In this document: one piece after another, positions 55,004 to 64,000 of the stretch
Layout: every line of letters begins with the position of its first letter
Position numbering within the stretch: position 1 is the stretch's first letter
Assembly: GCA_046290225.1 (NCBI GenBank)
Contig: JBKAGE010000038.1
Span: forward strand, 64,001-128,000
Direction: 5' to 3'
Source of the DNA: Bradymonadia bacterium
Lineage (GTDB): Bacteria; Myxococcota_A; Bradymonadia; UBA7976; UBA1532
DNA: 64,000 nt
Made by a program: the position numbers and the translations under genes
The notes under the pieces: generated by a model
The model's database searches: none
What the model saw: the letters and a program-made list of their open reading frames with translations, nothing else
Told to the model about the DNA's origin: nothing

Positions 55004-56503
55004 ATGGCCGAACACAAGTACAGCATCATCGAGAAGCTCGACTCAGGCGGTATGGCCGAGGTCTGGAAGGGCCGCGCCGCCAGCATGCGTGGCTTCGAAA
55101 AGCTCGTCGCCATCAAGCGCGTGCTGCCGAACCTGTCGAAGAACGAAAAGTTCATCGCCATGTTCCTCGACGAGGCCCGACTGTCTCTGCATCTGAACCA
55201 CGCCAATGTGGTGCAGACGTTCGACATCGGCCGCTCCGAGAACAGCTACTTCATCGTGATGGAGTACGTGAGCGGGGCCAACCTCAAGCGCATCCTCGAG
55301 CTCTCTCGAGAGCACGGCCACAGCATCTCCCCCGAGCTCTGCGCCTTCATCGGCCACGAGATCTGCAAGGGGCTCTATCACGCCCACCGTCGCCGAGACT
55401 CCAGGGAGCGACCGCTCAACATCGTGCACCGCGACGTGAGCCCGCCGAACGTGCTGCTCAGCGTCGAGGGCGAGGTCAAGCTCGTGGACTTCGGCCTCGC
55501 CAAGGCCGCGACTCAGGCCGCCCTCACTGATCCCGGCATCGTCAAAGGCAAGTTCAGCTACCTCAGCCCCGAGGCTGCTTATGGCGAGAAGGTGGACTTC
55601 CGGGCCGACATCTTCAGCACCGGCATCATCCTCTGGGAGATGCTCGCCGGGGTGAAGCTGTTCAACGGTCGCACTGATCTCGAGACCGTGAAGCTCGTGC
55701 GCCGGGCCAAGATCCCCCCGCTGAGTGATTATCGCAGTCAGGTCCCACCAGATCTCGAGGCCATCATCCGCCGGGCCCTCGCCCGACAGCCCCGCGATCG
55801 GTACCAGAGCGCCCGGGATCTCGCTCAAGATCTGAGTCGTTTCCTCTTCAACAACCGGCTCATGGTCACCAGCTTCGACGTCGCCGATCTCATCGCCCGG
55901 TGCCGTGAGTGGTCTCACGCGGGCCCCCGGCCCCGTCGGAACACGGGCAGCCTCGTCCGCGGGCAGCAGCAGGCCCAAATCCAAGAGGAGATGGGCAACT
56001 TCACCTCCCTTGAGAAGCTCGCGGAGATGTCGTTCCGCCCAGTGGCCACCGACGCCCCCGGCGAGGCGGTGCCCAAGAAGCAGGAGGTGGTCGATCCGCG
56101 GAACTGGACGAGCGAGCTGGGCCTCGATCACACCAACGAGGTCGAAGTGCCCGAGGCCAGCCTCATCACCGACGACACCCCGGTGTCGCCGAGAATGGCC
56201 GCGACACAGCCAGTGCCGACTCGACCCGTGCCGACCCAGCCTGCACCCACGAAGCCGCCGCCGCTGCCACCTGCTGCGCAACCGAGATCCTTCCGCGAGG
56301 CCAAGGCTGCGGCCCAGTCAAGCGCAGCCCAGGCAAGCACAGCACCGGCAACCGCGAGCCAGGCCACCGAGAGCCGTACGGTGCCTGCAGAGGCGATCCC
56401 CGGCGGGGAGATCTCAGAGGAAGACCAAGATCACACCGAAGAGATCACCCGGCCTGATCTCGACGGGCTTTCGAACAAGAATTCCTCGCCCGCCAACCAC
56501 TGA
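55004..56503 (+). CDS. Hanks-type Ser/Thr protein kinase, cytoplasmic
   Basis: [37 protein letters not shown]; Pro/Ala-rich tail with no TM. Confidence 0.95.
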   Translation: MAEHKYSIIEKLDSGGMAEVWKGRAASMRGFEKLVAIKRVLPNLSKNEKFIAMFLDEARLSLHLNHANVVQTFDIGRSENSYFIVMEYVSGANLKRILELSREHGHSISPELCAFIGHEICKGLYHAHRRRDSRERPLNIVHRDVSPPNVLLSVEGEVKLVDFGLAKAATQAALTDPGIVKGKFSYLSPEAAYGEKVDFRADIFSTGIILWEMLAGVKLFNGRTDLETVKLVRRAKIPPLSDYRSQVPPDLEAIIRRALARQPRDRYQSARDLAQDLSRFLFNNRLMVTSFDVADLIARCREWSHAGPRPRRNTGSLVRGQQQAQIQEEMGNFTSLEKLAEMSFRPVATDAPGEAVPKKQEVVDPRNWTSELGLDHTNEVEVPEASLITDDTPVSPRMAATQPVPTRPVPTQPAPTKPPPLPPAAQPRSFREAKAAAQSSAAQASTAPATASQATESRTVPAEAIPGGEISEEDQDHTEEITRPDLDGLSNKNSSPANH

Positions 56504-56557
56504 TTCTCCGATACATGACTGTCTTTGTTTGCCCCACCCTCACTCCAGAGAGGCAGG

Positions 56558-57805
56558 ATGCGACCGATCCATGACGAGCAGCTCCTCGCGATCATCCTCG
56601 CCGGTGGCGAAGGCCGCCGGCTTCGACCCCTCACCCTGGACCGCGCGAAGCCTGCGGTGCCTTTCGGGGGCCGATACCGGATCATCGACTTCGTGCTCAG
56701 CAACTTCGTCAACTCGGGCTTCTTCCAGATCAAGGTCCTGACCCAGTACAAGGCCTCGAGCTTGATCTCGCACCTGGTCCGCGGCTGGCAGCTTGCCCCG
56801 ATCCTCGGTCACTTCGTCGAGCCCGTGCCCGCTCAGCAGCGCACGGGCCCTGAGTGGTTCAAGGGCAGCGCCGACGCCGTGTACCAGAACCTGAACCTCG
56901 TCAGCGACATGAAGCCCGATCTCGTGGCGGTCTTCGGCGCCGATCACATCTACAAGATGGATGTCCGGCAGATGGTGGAGTTCCACCGCGACAAAGACGC
57001 CGACCTGACCATCGCCGCCATCCCGGTGCCCATCGAAGAGGCCCATCAGTTCGGCATCCTCAAGGTGGACGAGCACGGGCGGATGATCGACTTCATGGAG
57101 AAGCCTTCGGATCCGCCACCGATGCCCGGTGATCCCACAAAGTGTCTGGCCTCGATGGGGAACTACCTGTTCCGCACGTCCACCCTCGTGGACGAGATTG
57201 TCCGGGACGCCCGGGAGCAGAGCTCGGCCCACGACTTCGGGGGCAGCATCGTCACCAAGATGGTGGGGAACGAGAAGGTCTTCGTCTACGACTTCGCCAC
57301 CAACTCCCACCCGGGCATGGAAGAGAAGGAGCGGGGCTACTGGCGCGACGTGGGCACGATGGACGCCTACTGGTCGGCCTCGATGGATCTCATCGACGTC
57401 AACCCGGTGTTCAACCTCTACAACCGCAGCTGGCCGATCCGCAGCTGGTACGCCCACCTGCCCCCGGCGAAGTTCGTCTTCGACAGCCCCAACGACAACC
57501 GCACCGGCATCGCCGTGAGCTCCCTGGTGAGCCCCGGCTGTATCATCTCCGGTGGGCGGGTCTCCGAGAGCATCCTCGCTCCGAGAGTGCACGTGCACAG
57601 CTACGCCAGCGTGGAGCAGTCCATCGTCGGCGAGGGCTCCGACATCGGCCGCAACGCCCGCATCCGCAAGGCGGTGCTGGACAAGTTCGTCACCGTAGAG
57701 CCTGGGGCCACCATCGGCTACGACCTCGAACGGGATCGCGCCCGCTTCACGGTGACCGAGAGCGGCATCGTCGCCGTGGCCAAGGGGGCCCATGTCAGGG
57801 CCTGA
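56558..57805 (+). CDS. glgC: Glucose-1-phosphate adenylyltransferase
   Basis: [40 protein letters not shown]. Confidence 0.96.
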   Translation: MRPIHDEQLLAIILAGGEGRRLRPLTLDRAKPAVPFGGRYRIIDFVLSNFVNSGFFQIKVLTQYKASSLISHLVRGWQLAPILGHFVEPVPAQQRTGPEWFKGSADAVYQNLNLVSDMKPDLVAVFGADHIYKMDVRQMVEFHRDKDADLTIAAIPVPIEEAHQFGILKVDEHGRMIDFMEKPSDPPPMPGDPTKCLASMGNYLFRTSTLVDEIVRDAREQSSAHDFGGSIVTKMVGNEKVFVYDFATNSHPGMEEKERGYWRDVGTMDAYWSASMDLIDVNPVFNLYNRSWPIRSWYAHLPPAKFVFDSPNDNRTGIAVSSLVSPGCIISGGRVSESILAPRVHVHSYASVEQSIVGEGSDIGRNARIRKAVLDKFVTVEPGATIGYDLERDRARFTVTESGIVAVAKGAHVRA

Positions 57806-59939
57806 GGGTGGCGACCGACCGCTGCGGCTGGCTCTGGTGTGGCACATGCATCAGCCGGACTATCGAGACGCCGCCACGGGTCGGCCCACCATGCCATGGG
57901 TCCGCCTGCACTGTACCCGGGCCTACTTCGACATGGCCTGGATGCTCGCCCGACACCCCGAGATCAAAGGCGTCTTCAACTTTGTGCCGGTGCTCCTCGA
58001 GCAGCTCGAGTCCCTCATCGAAGGCGGTGAGGCCGATCTGTACTGGCACCTCACCCGCACCCCCGCTGATCAGCTGTCCGAGGCTCAACGTGAGTTCCTG
58101 CTCTCCCACTTCTTCTCGGTGAGCTGGGAGATGGAGGTCCGCACCCGGCCTCGATACAGCGAGCTGCTCGATCGACGGGGCACGCACCCGCCCTTCAGCG
58201 CCGTCAACGAGTTCGTCGATCAGGATTTCCGCGACCTGCAGGTGCTCTTCAACCTCGCGTGGTGTGGGTACGCCGCCTTTGAGGAAGAGCCAGTTCTCGC
58301 GGCGCTGAACGCCAAGGGTCGTGGTTACACTGAAGACGACAAGGTGGCTCTGCTCGACGCCCAGAGCCGGATTCTGGCCCGCACCCTGCCGCTGTATCGA
58401 GATCTCATCGCCAAGGGTCAGGTGGAGGCCACCACCACACCCTACTTTCATCCGATCCTGCCCCTGCTCATCGACTCCGACTTCGCCCACCGCTCGGCGC
58501 CGGACATGCTCCTGCCTGCGCGCTTCAACTGGCCCGCTGACGCCGAGGCCCACGTGGCTCGCGCAGTGGCCCGCCACGAGAAGCACTTCGGCGTGCCCCC
58601 CACGGGCATGTGGCCTGCGGAGGGATCAGTGTGCCCGGAGATGGTGCCTCTGCTTGCCCGTCATGGCATCCGGTGGATGGCCACCGACGAAGCGCAGCTG
58701 CAAGCGGCCCTCGGCGGCCGGCTCGACGATCGGCGCGATGTGTACCGCCCCTGGCGGATCGAGATCGACGGCGACACCGTGGTCACCGTGTTCCGAGATC
58801 GCACGCTGAGCGATTTGCTGGGCTTCACCTACGCCCGCAACCCCGTCGACGTTGCCGTGAACGATCTGATGGGCCGCCTCGGCCACCTGCATCAGATGAC
58901 CTCCGGCCTCGACGAGCCCCCAGTGGTGAGCGTGATCCTCGATGGCGAAAACCCATGGGAGCACTACCCGCAGAGCGGCAAGCTGTTCCTCGACGGGCTC
59001 TACACCGCCCTCGCCGAGGCGCCCTGGGTACAGACGACGACATTGGCAGAGCATCTCACGCACCACACCCCGAAGCGTGCCTTGGGCACCTTGGGCACGG
59101 GCTCCTGGATCGGCGGCAACTTCCGTATCTGGGCCGACGGTGACATGGAGCGGGAAGGCTGGCGGCTGCTCGGCGAGGCCCGCGCCTGGATGGAGGCGCG
59201 GCGAGATCACGTGGGCGCCGATGTGTGGGCCCAAGCCACGCACCACCTGATGGTGGCAGAGGGCAGCGACTGGTTCTGGTGGTACGGCGACGACTTCACC
59301 ACCGAGAACGACAGCCACTTCGACGCACTGTTTCGAGGTCACCTGCGTCAGGTCTACCGACTGCTCGGCGGGGAGCCGCCAGAGCCACTGTGCCGCTCTC
59401 TCTACCCTGAGCGTGGCCACAGCGCCGTCACCCCGCCGCAGGCCTTCGTCACCCCCCACTTCGATCGTCCGGGCACCTACTTCGACTGGATCGGCGCTGG
59501 GGAGTACGAGGTCGGGGGCCCGACGGCGTCGATGCATCGCGCCACCCACGCCTTCGCCCGCATGCTCTTCGGGTTCGATCTCGAGCACCTGTATCTACGG
59601 CTTGATCCCCCTGAAGAGGCTGAAGGGCCCTTCACCATCGAAGCTCAGCTGTGGGGCCCCCGTAAGGCCACAGCCCGTGTCGTGGCCTCTGAGCCGCAGC
59701 AAGCGAGCCTCACCGTGGACGGCGGCTCGCCGGAGCCACTGAGTCTCGTGCGCGTGGATCAGGGGACCATCCAGCTCGGGGTACCCTTCGAGGCCCTGGG
59801 TGCTCACCCCGGCGATGTCGTGCAGGTGCAGATCAGGGTGATGCAGGGGCAGGTGGAGGTGGAGCGCTATCCTGCTGCGGCGCCGCTTCAGGTGCAGACC
59901 CCTGATGCCCACTTCGAGGATCTGAACTGGACGATTTGA
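57792..59939 (+). CDS. Glycoside hydrolase family 57 (amylopullulanase-like)
   Basis: [36 protein letters not shown]. Confidence 0.92.
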   Translation: MSGPEGGDRPLRLALVWHMHQPDYRDAATGRPTMPWVRLHCTRAYFDMAWMLARHPEIKGVFNFVPVLLEQLESLIEGGEADLYWHLTRTPADQLSEAQREFLLSHFFSVSWEMEVRTRPRYSELLDRRGTHPPFSAVNEFVDQDFRDLQVLFNLAWCGYAAFEEEPVLAALNAKGRGYTEDDKVALLDAQSRILARTLPLYRDLIAKGQVEATTTPYFHPILPLLIDSDFAHRSAPDMLLPARFNWPADAEAHVARAVARHEKHFGVPPTGMWPAEGSVCPEMVPLLARHGIRWMATDEAQLQAALGGRLDDRRDVYRPWRIEIDGDTVVTVFRDRTLSDLLGFTYARNPVDVAVNDLMGRLGHLHQMTSGLDEPPVVSVILDGENPWEHYPQSGKLFLDGLYTALAEAPWVQTTTLAEHLTHHTPKRALGTLGTGSWIGGNFRIWADGDMEREGWRLLGEARAWMEARRDHVGADVWAQATHHLMVAEGSDWFWWYGDDFTTENDSHFDALFRGHLRQVYRLLGGEPPEPLCRSLYPERGHSAVTPPQAFVTPHFDRPGTYFDWIGAGEYEVGGPTASMHRATHAFARMLFGFDLEHLYLRLDPPEEAEGPFTIEAQLWGPRKATARVVASEPQQASLTVDGGSPEPLSLVRVDQGTIQLGVPFEALGAHPGDVVQVQIRVMQGQVEVERYPAAAPLQVQTPDAHFEDLNWTI

Positions 59940-61092
59940 CCTCGTAGATCACCACCCCCACCTTCGGGCTCACGGCCATGAGCGCGTCAGGGGCCAGCAC
60001 GAACAGCCGCTTCGCCCCCCCTGGCAGATTGGCGGTGCTCATGGGTACGAGACCGCCCTTGCGCACCCTGAACACGCTGAGCTTGCGCTCTGCAGCGACG
60101 GCAACGGCAGACCCTTCAGTGAGGACAGCACCCCGAGTACTCGACTGCCAGATCTCGGGGATCGGCTGGATGAGCTCTCCAGGGATCGGCAACACGGTCC
60201 GGGTCTTCTTCGGGCCCTGGGTCATGACCAGGCCATCTGAGGTGACCTCCAGACGACCACCATTCACGGGCGCCATGGGCATGTTGATGGTGGGTGGCAA
60301 CACCTTGCGCCCCCCCGCAGTAGGCGACACACGGACCTCGGCGCCGCTCACGTCGAGGGGCCAGCCGGTCCCCTTGTCGTCCACGATCCACAGCCACGCA
60401 TCATCGAAAAACACACGCTGAAGGTTTCGACTGGGGATGTAGGCGGGCAACACCACGAGCACGGGGCGCCCCTGGCCTGGGCGCCAGTGCCACAACCCCG
60501 AGGCCCCCACGGTCCAGACCTCTCGGCCCCGGACAGCAGCGTCGCGCAGATCCCCTGGAGCAAAACGCCACGCCTCGAAGCCCTGAGCACCAGACTGCAC
60601 GCCCCAGCCCCACTCTCCGGCGATGACCTGACGGCCATTGGCCAGGGCCCCACGCCAGCGACTGCCAGAAGGGGCGTGGGCCTTTGGTGGGGGCAGCGGC
60701 CATCCGTCGCGGATCTGTGGGCCTTTCCAGGCCACGCCTTCACTCGACAGCCCCATGGCATCTCCACCATGCAGGGACAACGTGAGGCGATCCCCACTGC
60801 AGCCGACGGATTCGATGGGCGTGCCTGAGTCGAGACTCGGACCGGCCCATCGATGGACCAGCTGCGGATCCCCACCTGCAGGAAAAGCCCAACGTTCGAC
60901 CTCGTGGCGACGGGCGAGCCAGACCTGATCACCCCCGACGACGCACCCGGTGACATAGCCCCCTTCAGCCCAGAGGCGAGGCACCAGAGTCAGCTCGCCC
61001 TCAGGCGGTGTCAGCACCTCTTTTTTCTCGGGTGCGCCACCACAACCAACCAGCAGCCCGCAGGCCAGGAGTAGATTGCCCCACCGGTTCAC
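59833..61092 (-). CDS. Hypothetical lipoprotein, beta-propeller-like
   Basis: GTG 61092 overlapping the upstream stop (GTGA); LLVGC lipobox; Trp/Gly beta-rich. Confidence 0.65.
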   Translation of the reverse strand: MNRWGNLLLACGLLVGCGGAPEKKEVLTPPEGELTLVPRLWAEGGYVTGCVVGGDQVWLARRHEVERWAFPAGGDPQLVHRWAGPSLDSGTPIESVGCSGDRLTLSLHGGDAMGLSSEGVAWKGPQIRDGWPLPPPKAHAPSGSRWRGALANGRQVIAGEWGWGVQSGAQGFEAWRFAPGDLRDAAVRGREVWTVGASGLWHWRPGQGRPVLVVLPAYIPSRNLQRVFFDDAWLWIVDDKGTGWPLDVSGAEVRVSPTAGGRKVLPPTINMPMAPVNGGRLEVTSDGLVMTQGPKKTRTVLPIPGELIQPIPEIWQSSTRGAVLTEGSAVAVAAERKLSVFRVRKGGLVPMSTANLPGGAKRLFVLAPDALMAVSPKVGVVIYEVKSSSSDPRSGHQGSAPEAAPQQDSAPPPPAPASP

Positions 61093-62297
61093 TGCACGCC
61101 TCCAGCGAGCGACCACAAGCGGGCGGCCCGAGCCACGGCCCGTCGAAGGTGGAGATCAGCGGTCTGCATACACGCCTCCAGAGAGATCGGCCCATCGGGG
61201 ATCGGGATCAACGCCACAGGGTGATCAGCGGCCCAGGCCTCTGCCTGGGCGGTGACCGCCCCTCCGACGATCCAGGTGGGGCGCCCGTGGGCCTCAGCAC
61301 GGGCGACCACCCCCGCCGCTACTTTACCCATGGCAGTCTGAGCGTCTACTTGGCCTTCTCCAGTGATGACGAGGTCAGCGCGCTGAATGGCGGCGTCGAG
61401 CTCCGTCAGCTCGGCGACACACTCGAGGCCTGAGTACAGCTCGGCCCCGAAGGCCGCCCACAGCCCGCCTGCAAACCCACCAGCGGCGCCGGCACGAGCG
61501 AGGTGGCGTGGATCCCGCCCTGTGGCCTCGGCAAGCGCCTCGCCCAAATGAGACAGCCCCGCTTCGAGCAGCTGAACCTCTTCTGGGCCCGCCCCCTTCT
61601 GAGGGCCGAAGACTGTCGGTGCGCCCAAGGCCCCGAGCCAGGGGTTCTGTACGTCACACAAGACCTTCATTGGCCCCGGCAGCTCGGGCATCGAGATCTC
61701 GGCGATCTGGCACAACCCCTCACCACCTGGGGCGATCGCACGGCCCTCAGCATCATTGATCTGCACGCCGAGGGCCTGCAGCGCGCCGGCGCCTCCATCC
61801 ACCATGGCGCTGCCGCCTGCCCCTACCCACACCTCGTCCACCCCTGCTCCGAAGGCGTCTGCGATGAGGGCGCCGGTGCCATAGCTGGTGGCGGTGCGTG
61901 GATCACGGATGTCGGTGAGGGTGATGCCCGAAGCCCGAGCCACCTCGACGACCGCGATCACGCGGCCACTCTTCGGGTGTTCGAAGGCCCACCACTCGGC
62001 GGCCACTGGCGCCCCCTGCGGTCCAGGGACCACCACCTCTCTCCCCTGACGATGGCATACCTCGGGCAAGGCGCCCTGAAGAGCCTCGGTCAGGCCTTCT
62101 CCACCATCAGCGAGGGGGTGCAAGGCCACCTCTGCATGGGGCCAGACAGTACGCAGACCTGCGGAGATGGACTCTGCTGCCTGTACGCAGGTCAGACTGC
62201 CCTTGAAGCTGTCAGGGGCGACGAGAATGCGATGGGGACGGCCTATGCGGGGTGCCGCATCGCTCGGTACTGCGGGGGGGTGTGATCGATCAGCCAA
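61089..62297 (-). CDS. glxK: Glycerate kinase
   Basis: ILVAPDSFKGSL, PLADGGEG, GGSAMVDGGAG, FGPQKGA, TGEG..QTAMGK; likely TTG start at 62297. Confidence 0.92.
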   Translation of the reverse strand: MADRSHPPAVPSDAAPRIGRPHRILVAPDSFKGSLTCVQAAESISAGLRTVWPHAEVALHPLADGGEGLTEALQGALPEVCHRQGREVVVPGPQGAPVAAEWWAFEHPKSGRVIAVVEVARASGITLTDIRDPRTATSYGTGALIADAFGAGVDEVWVGAGGSAMVDGGAGALQALGVQINDAEGRAIAPGGEGLCQIAEISMPELPGPMKVLCDVQNPWLGALGAPTVFGPQKGAGPEEVQLLEAGLSHLGEALAEATGRDPRHLARAGAAGGFAGGLWAAFGAELYSGLECVAELTELDAAIQRADLVITGEGQVDAQTAMGKVAAGVVARAEAHGRPTWIVGGAVTAQAEAWAADHPVALIPIPDGPISLEACMQTADLHLRRAVARAARLWSLAGGVQ

Positions 62298-63451
62298 CGG
62301 GTCACCTGGGGAAACACGATCTCTGGGGCTTTGAGCCCAATGCGGAGATCGTTGTGCCCGAAGCCGGGCAGCACCAGCAAGCCCCGATCGGCGCTGCCGA
62401 CGAGGTTGAGGCCATGACTGCGCATGATCGAAGGGGGCACGACCCGATCTTGAGCGCCGGCCACCCACAGCGCCGGCGTGCGGACGAGGTGGTGATAGTC
62501 GGCGTACTCGTGGGGATCCCGGCCCTCTGGACCACGACCATCGGCCACATGGGCCCGCATGGTGCCGTGGGCGATCCAGTCACAGAACTGCTCGAGCACT
62601 GGCACGGAGATGTCTTCGAGGGTGTGCAGGGTTTCAGCCTCGATGAGGGCCCGGCTCATGTTGCCGGGGTGCCAGACCACATGGCGCAGGGCCATCCCTG
62701 CCCCCTGACCCATCATGTGGGTCACCTCGCGGGTCAGGCGACCCACAGGGCCCCGCTTCTGAGCCAGCCAGCGCCCTCGAGCGGCGAGCCAGCCCGCCCG
62801 CACGCGATCGATGGGGGCGTGGCGTAGAATCCGTCGGGTCAGCCGACGGCCGAAGACGCCCTGAAACCACGTGTTGTACTCGTAGTAGCGGCCCGCGAGC
62901 GCCGAGGCCACGCCAGGACGGGCGTGCCAGTGCAGCACCGGCGGCACACCCACCAGCACCACACCAGAGACCTCACTGTTGCGCTGCTGAGCGAGGCCCG
63001 GCCGGTGGATGACCCGGCCGCTGCTGTCGTACAGCGCCCCCTGTAGATACATCAGGGTGGCCACTCCACCCATGCTGTGACAGACCACCAGCGGGGCCAT
63101 CCCGGTCTTGTGCCGCACCCGACTCAAGAACGCAGGCACATCGAGGAGCCCATAGTCGTCGATGCGGGCCGCCTGGGCCCCATCACCGCTCCGGTGTGGA
63201 TCGCGACCGTGGCCCCGGAAGTTGCCGAGCCAGACATCGAAGCCCGCCGCCCACAAGTGGTGCGCAAAGCTGTGGCCCGGGATCGGTAGATCCCAACCAT
63301 TGAGGTTCTGCGCCAGGCCGTGAAGGACCAGCACGGGCTGAGCACCAGGGCGAGGGTAGCGGCGCATGCCCAGCATCACGCCATCTACTGTCACGGTGCG
63401 CTCACAGGTGAACTCGGGGGTCGACACAGGGGTGGACACGATCGCGTTCAT
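62243..63451 (-). CDS. Alpha/beta hydrolase (lipase/esterase-like)
   Basis: LHGLAQN, DVWLGNFRG, CHSMG nucleophile elbow, AGAQDRVVP, FGHND. Confidence 0.85.
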   Translation of the reverse strand: MNAIVSTPVSTPEFTCERTVTVDGVMLGMRRYPRPGAQPVLVLHGLAQNLNGWDLPIPGHSFAHHLWAAGFDVWLGNFRGHGRDPHRSGDGAQAARIDDYGLLDVPAFLSRVRHKTGMAPLVVCHSMGGVATLMYLQGALYDSSGRVIHRPGLAQQRNSEVSGVVLVGVPPVLHWHARPGVASALAGRYYEYNTWFQGVFGRRLTRRILRHAPIDRVRAGWLAARGRWLAQKRGPVGRLTREVTHMMGQGAGMALRHVVWHPGNMSRALIEAETLHTLEDISVPVLEQFCDWIAHGTMRAHVADGRGPEGRDPHEYADYHHLVRTPALWVAGAQDRVVPPSIMRSHGLNLVGSADRGLLVLPGFGHNDLRIGLKAPEIVFPQVTRWLIDHTPPQYRAMRHPA

Positions 63452-63506
63452 TCAGACCTCTTGAACTGTCGGCACCGGAACCCGGGCCCATTGGCGGCGC
63501 AGGAAA

Positions 63507-63522
63507 AGCAACCCACGTGCCA
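63507..63522 (-). promoter_or_regulatory. Sigma-54 (-24/-12) promoter
   Basis: Minus strand TGGCACGTGGGTTGCT, an exact TGGCACG-N4-TTGCW, 56 bp upstream of ATG 63451. Confidence 0.8.
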
Positions 63523-63658
63523 TGGTGTCTCGGATCTCCACGTCAGGGCTCAACGGCGGGCAAGAGGGTGGGCAGGGCAATGTGAACAGTGCGTCGCTCA
63601 GGTGGCATTCAGGTGTCAACTGCCACCGAAAATTCGCACCATGTGGCCGGTGGGTCGC

Positions 63659-64000
63659 TCAGAAGGCCCCCATCCCCTTCTGCACGGCGGCGAAGGCCTT
63701 CTGGGCCAGCTCGGTGGGCACGTCGATGCGGAACTGCAACTGGCCACCCTCGGCACCCATGGAGATCGTGAGGCCCGTCTCCGCCTGGATGTCCTTAAGC
63801 AGGGAGACATAGGGGTTCATGCCACCCAGGGCGAGGCGCTTGGCCACCTCGACGGGGTTCACATACATGATCATGAAGGCGTTGGGGGCGGCGGTCTTCA
63901 GTGCCCGAGCGGGCCCCTTGGCCTTGTCAAGGCCACCGGCCATCTGCCCGCCGAGGAGCGCCTCGAGCACCGGCTTCGACCCGGGGCCGTAGCCCACGTA
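63659..64000 (-). CDS. Hypothetical protein, 3' end only
   Basis: Open frame entering from the right edge and ending ..VQKGMGAF*. Confidence 0.65.
   Translation of the reverse strand, partial: YVGYGPGSKPVLEALLGGQMAGGLDKAKGPARALKTAAPNAFMIMYVNPVEVAKRLALGGMNPYVSLLKDIQAETGLTISMGAEGGQLQFRIDVPTELAQKAFAAVQKGMGAF

Noticed and set aside
62298..62468. N-terminal extension on glycerate kinase in the ORF track
   Set aside because: Lies within the upstream hydrolase gene; homology begins at RILVAPDSFKGS and a TTG with RBS exists at 62297
1..64000. Mobile elements, prophage, tRNA or rRNA
   Set aside because: No transposase, integrase or phage motifs, terminal repeats or tRNA/rRNA signatures were recognised

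Overview
A gene-dense, high-GC 64-kb chromosomal segment. It looks like a Myxococcota/Bradymonadia-type deltaproteobacterium (inference from ~17 lipoproteins with acidic or Gly/Met/Pro-rich linkers, lamin-tail domains, a Hanks-type Ser/Thr kinase, a STAND-TPR-wHTH regulator and sigma-54 promoters). About 51 CDS are supportable; no rRNA, tRNA, CRISPR array, transposase or phage gene was seen. Housekeeping genes include phoD, sppA, cls, an agmatinase, rlmN, speE, a HIT protein, purine nucleoside phosphorylase, a TrmH methylase, ppsR, glgC, a GH57 and glycerate kinase. The best candidate for an undescribed system is a tightly coupled operon at 45624-50228: a membrane di-iron fatty-acid hydroxylase/sterol desaturase fused to a tandem rhodanese, a GH113-like lipoprotein, and a Tat-exported SorT-type sulfite dehydrogenase fused to its own SorU-like cytochrome c. 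Other highlights: a BPI/LBP(TULIP)-like lipoprotein inside a surface phospho-ester hydrolase cluster; a sigma-54-driven 30-Cys, Met-rich repeat lipoprotein followed by a structured 3' element with two anti-SD motifs; a run of about seven consecutive hairpins at 44567-44743; and an orphan RegB-like kinase with an extra 4-Cys insert. All functional calls rest on motifs read by eye; no searches were run.
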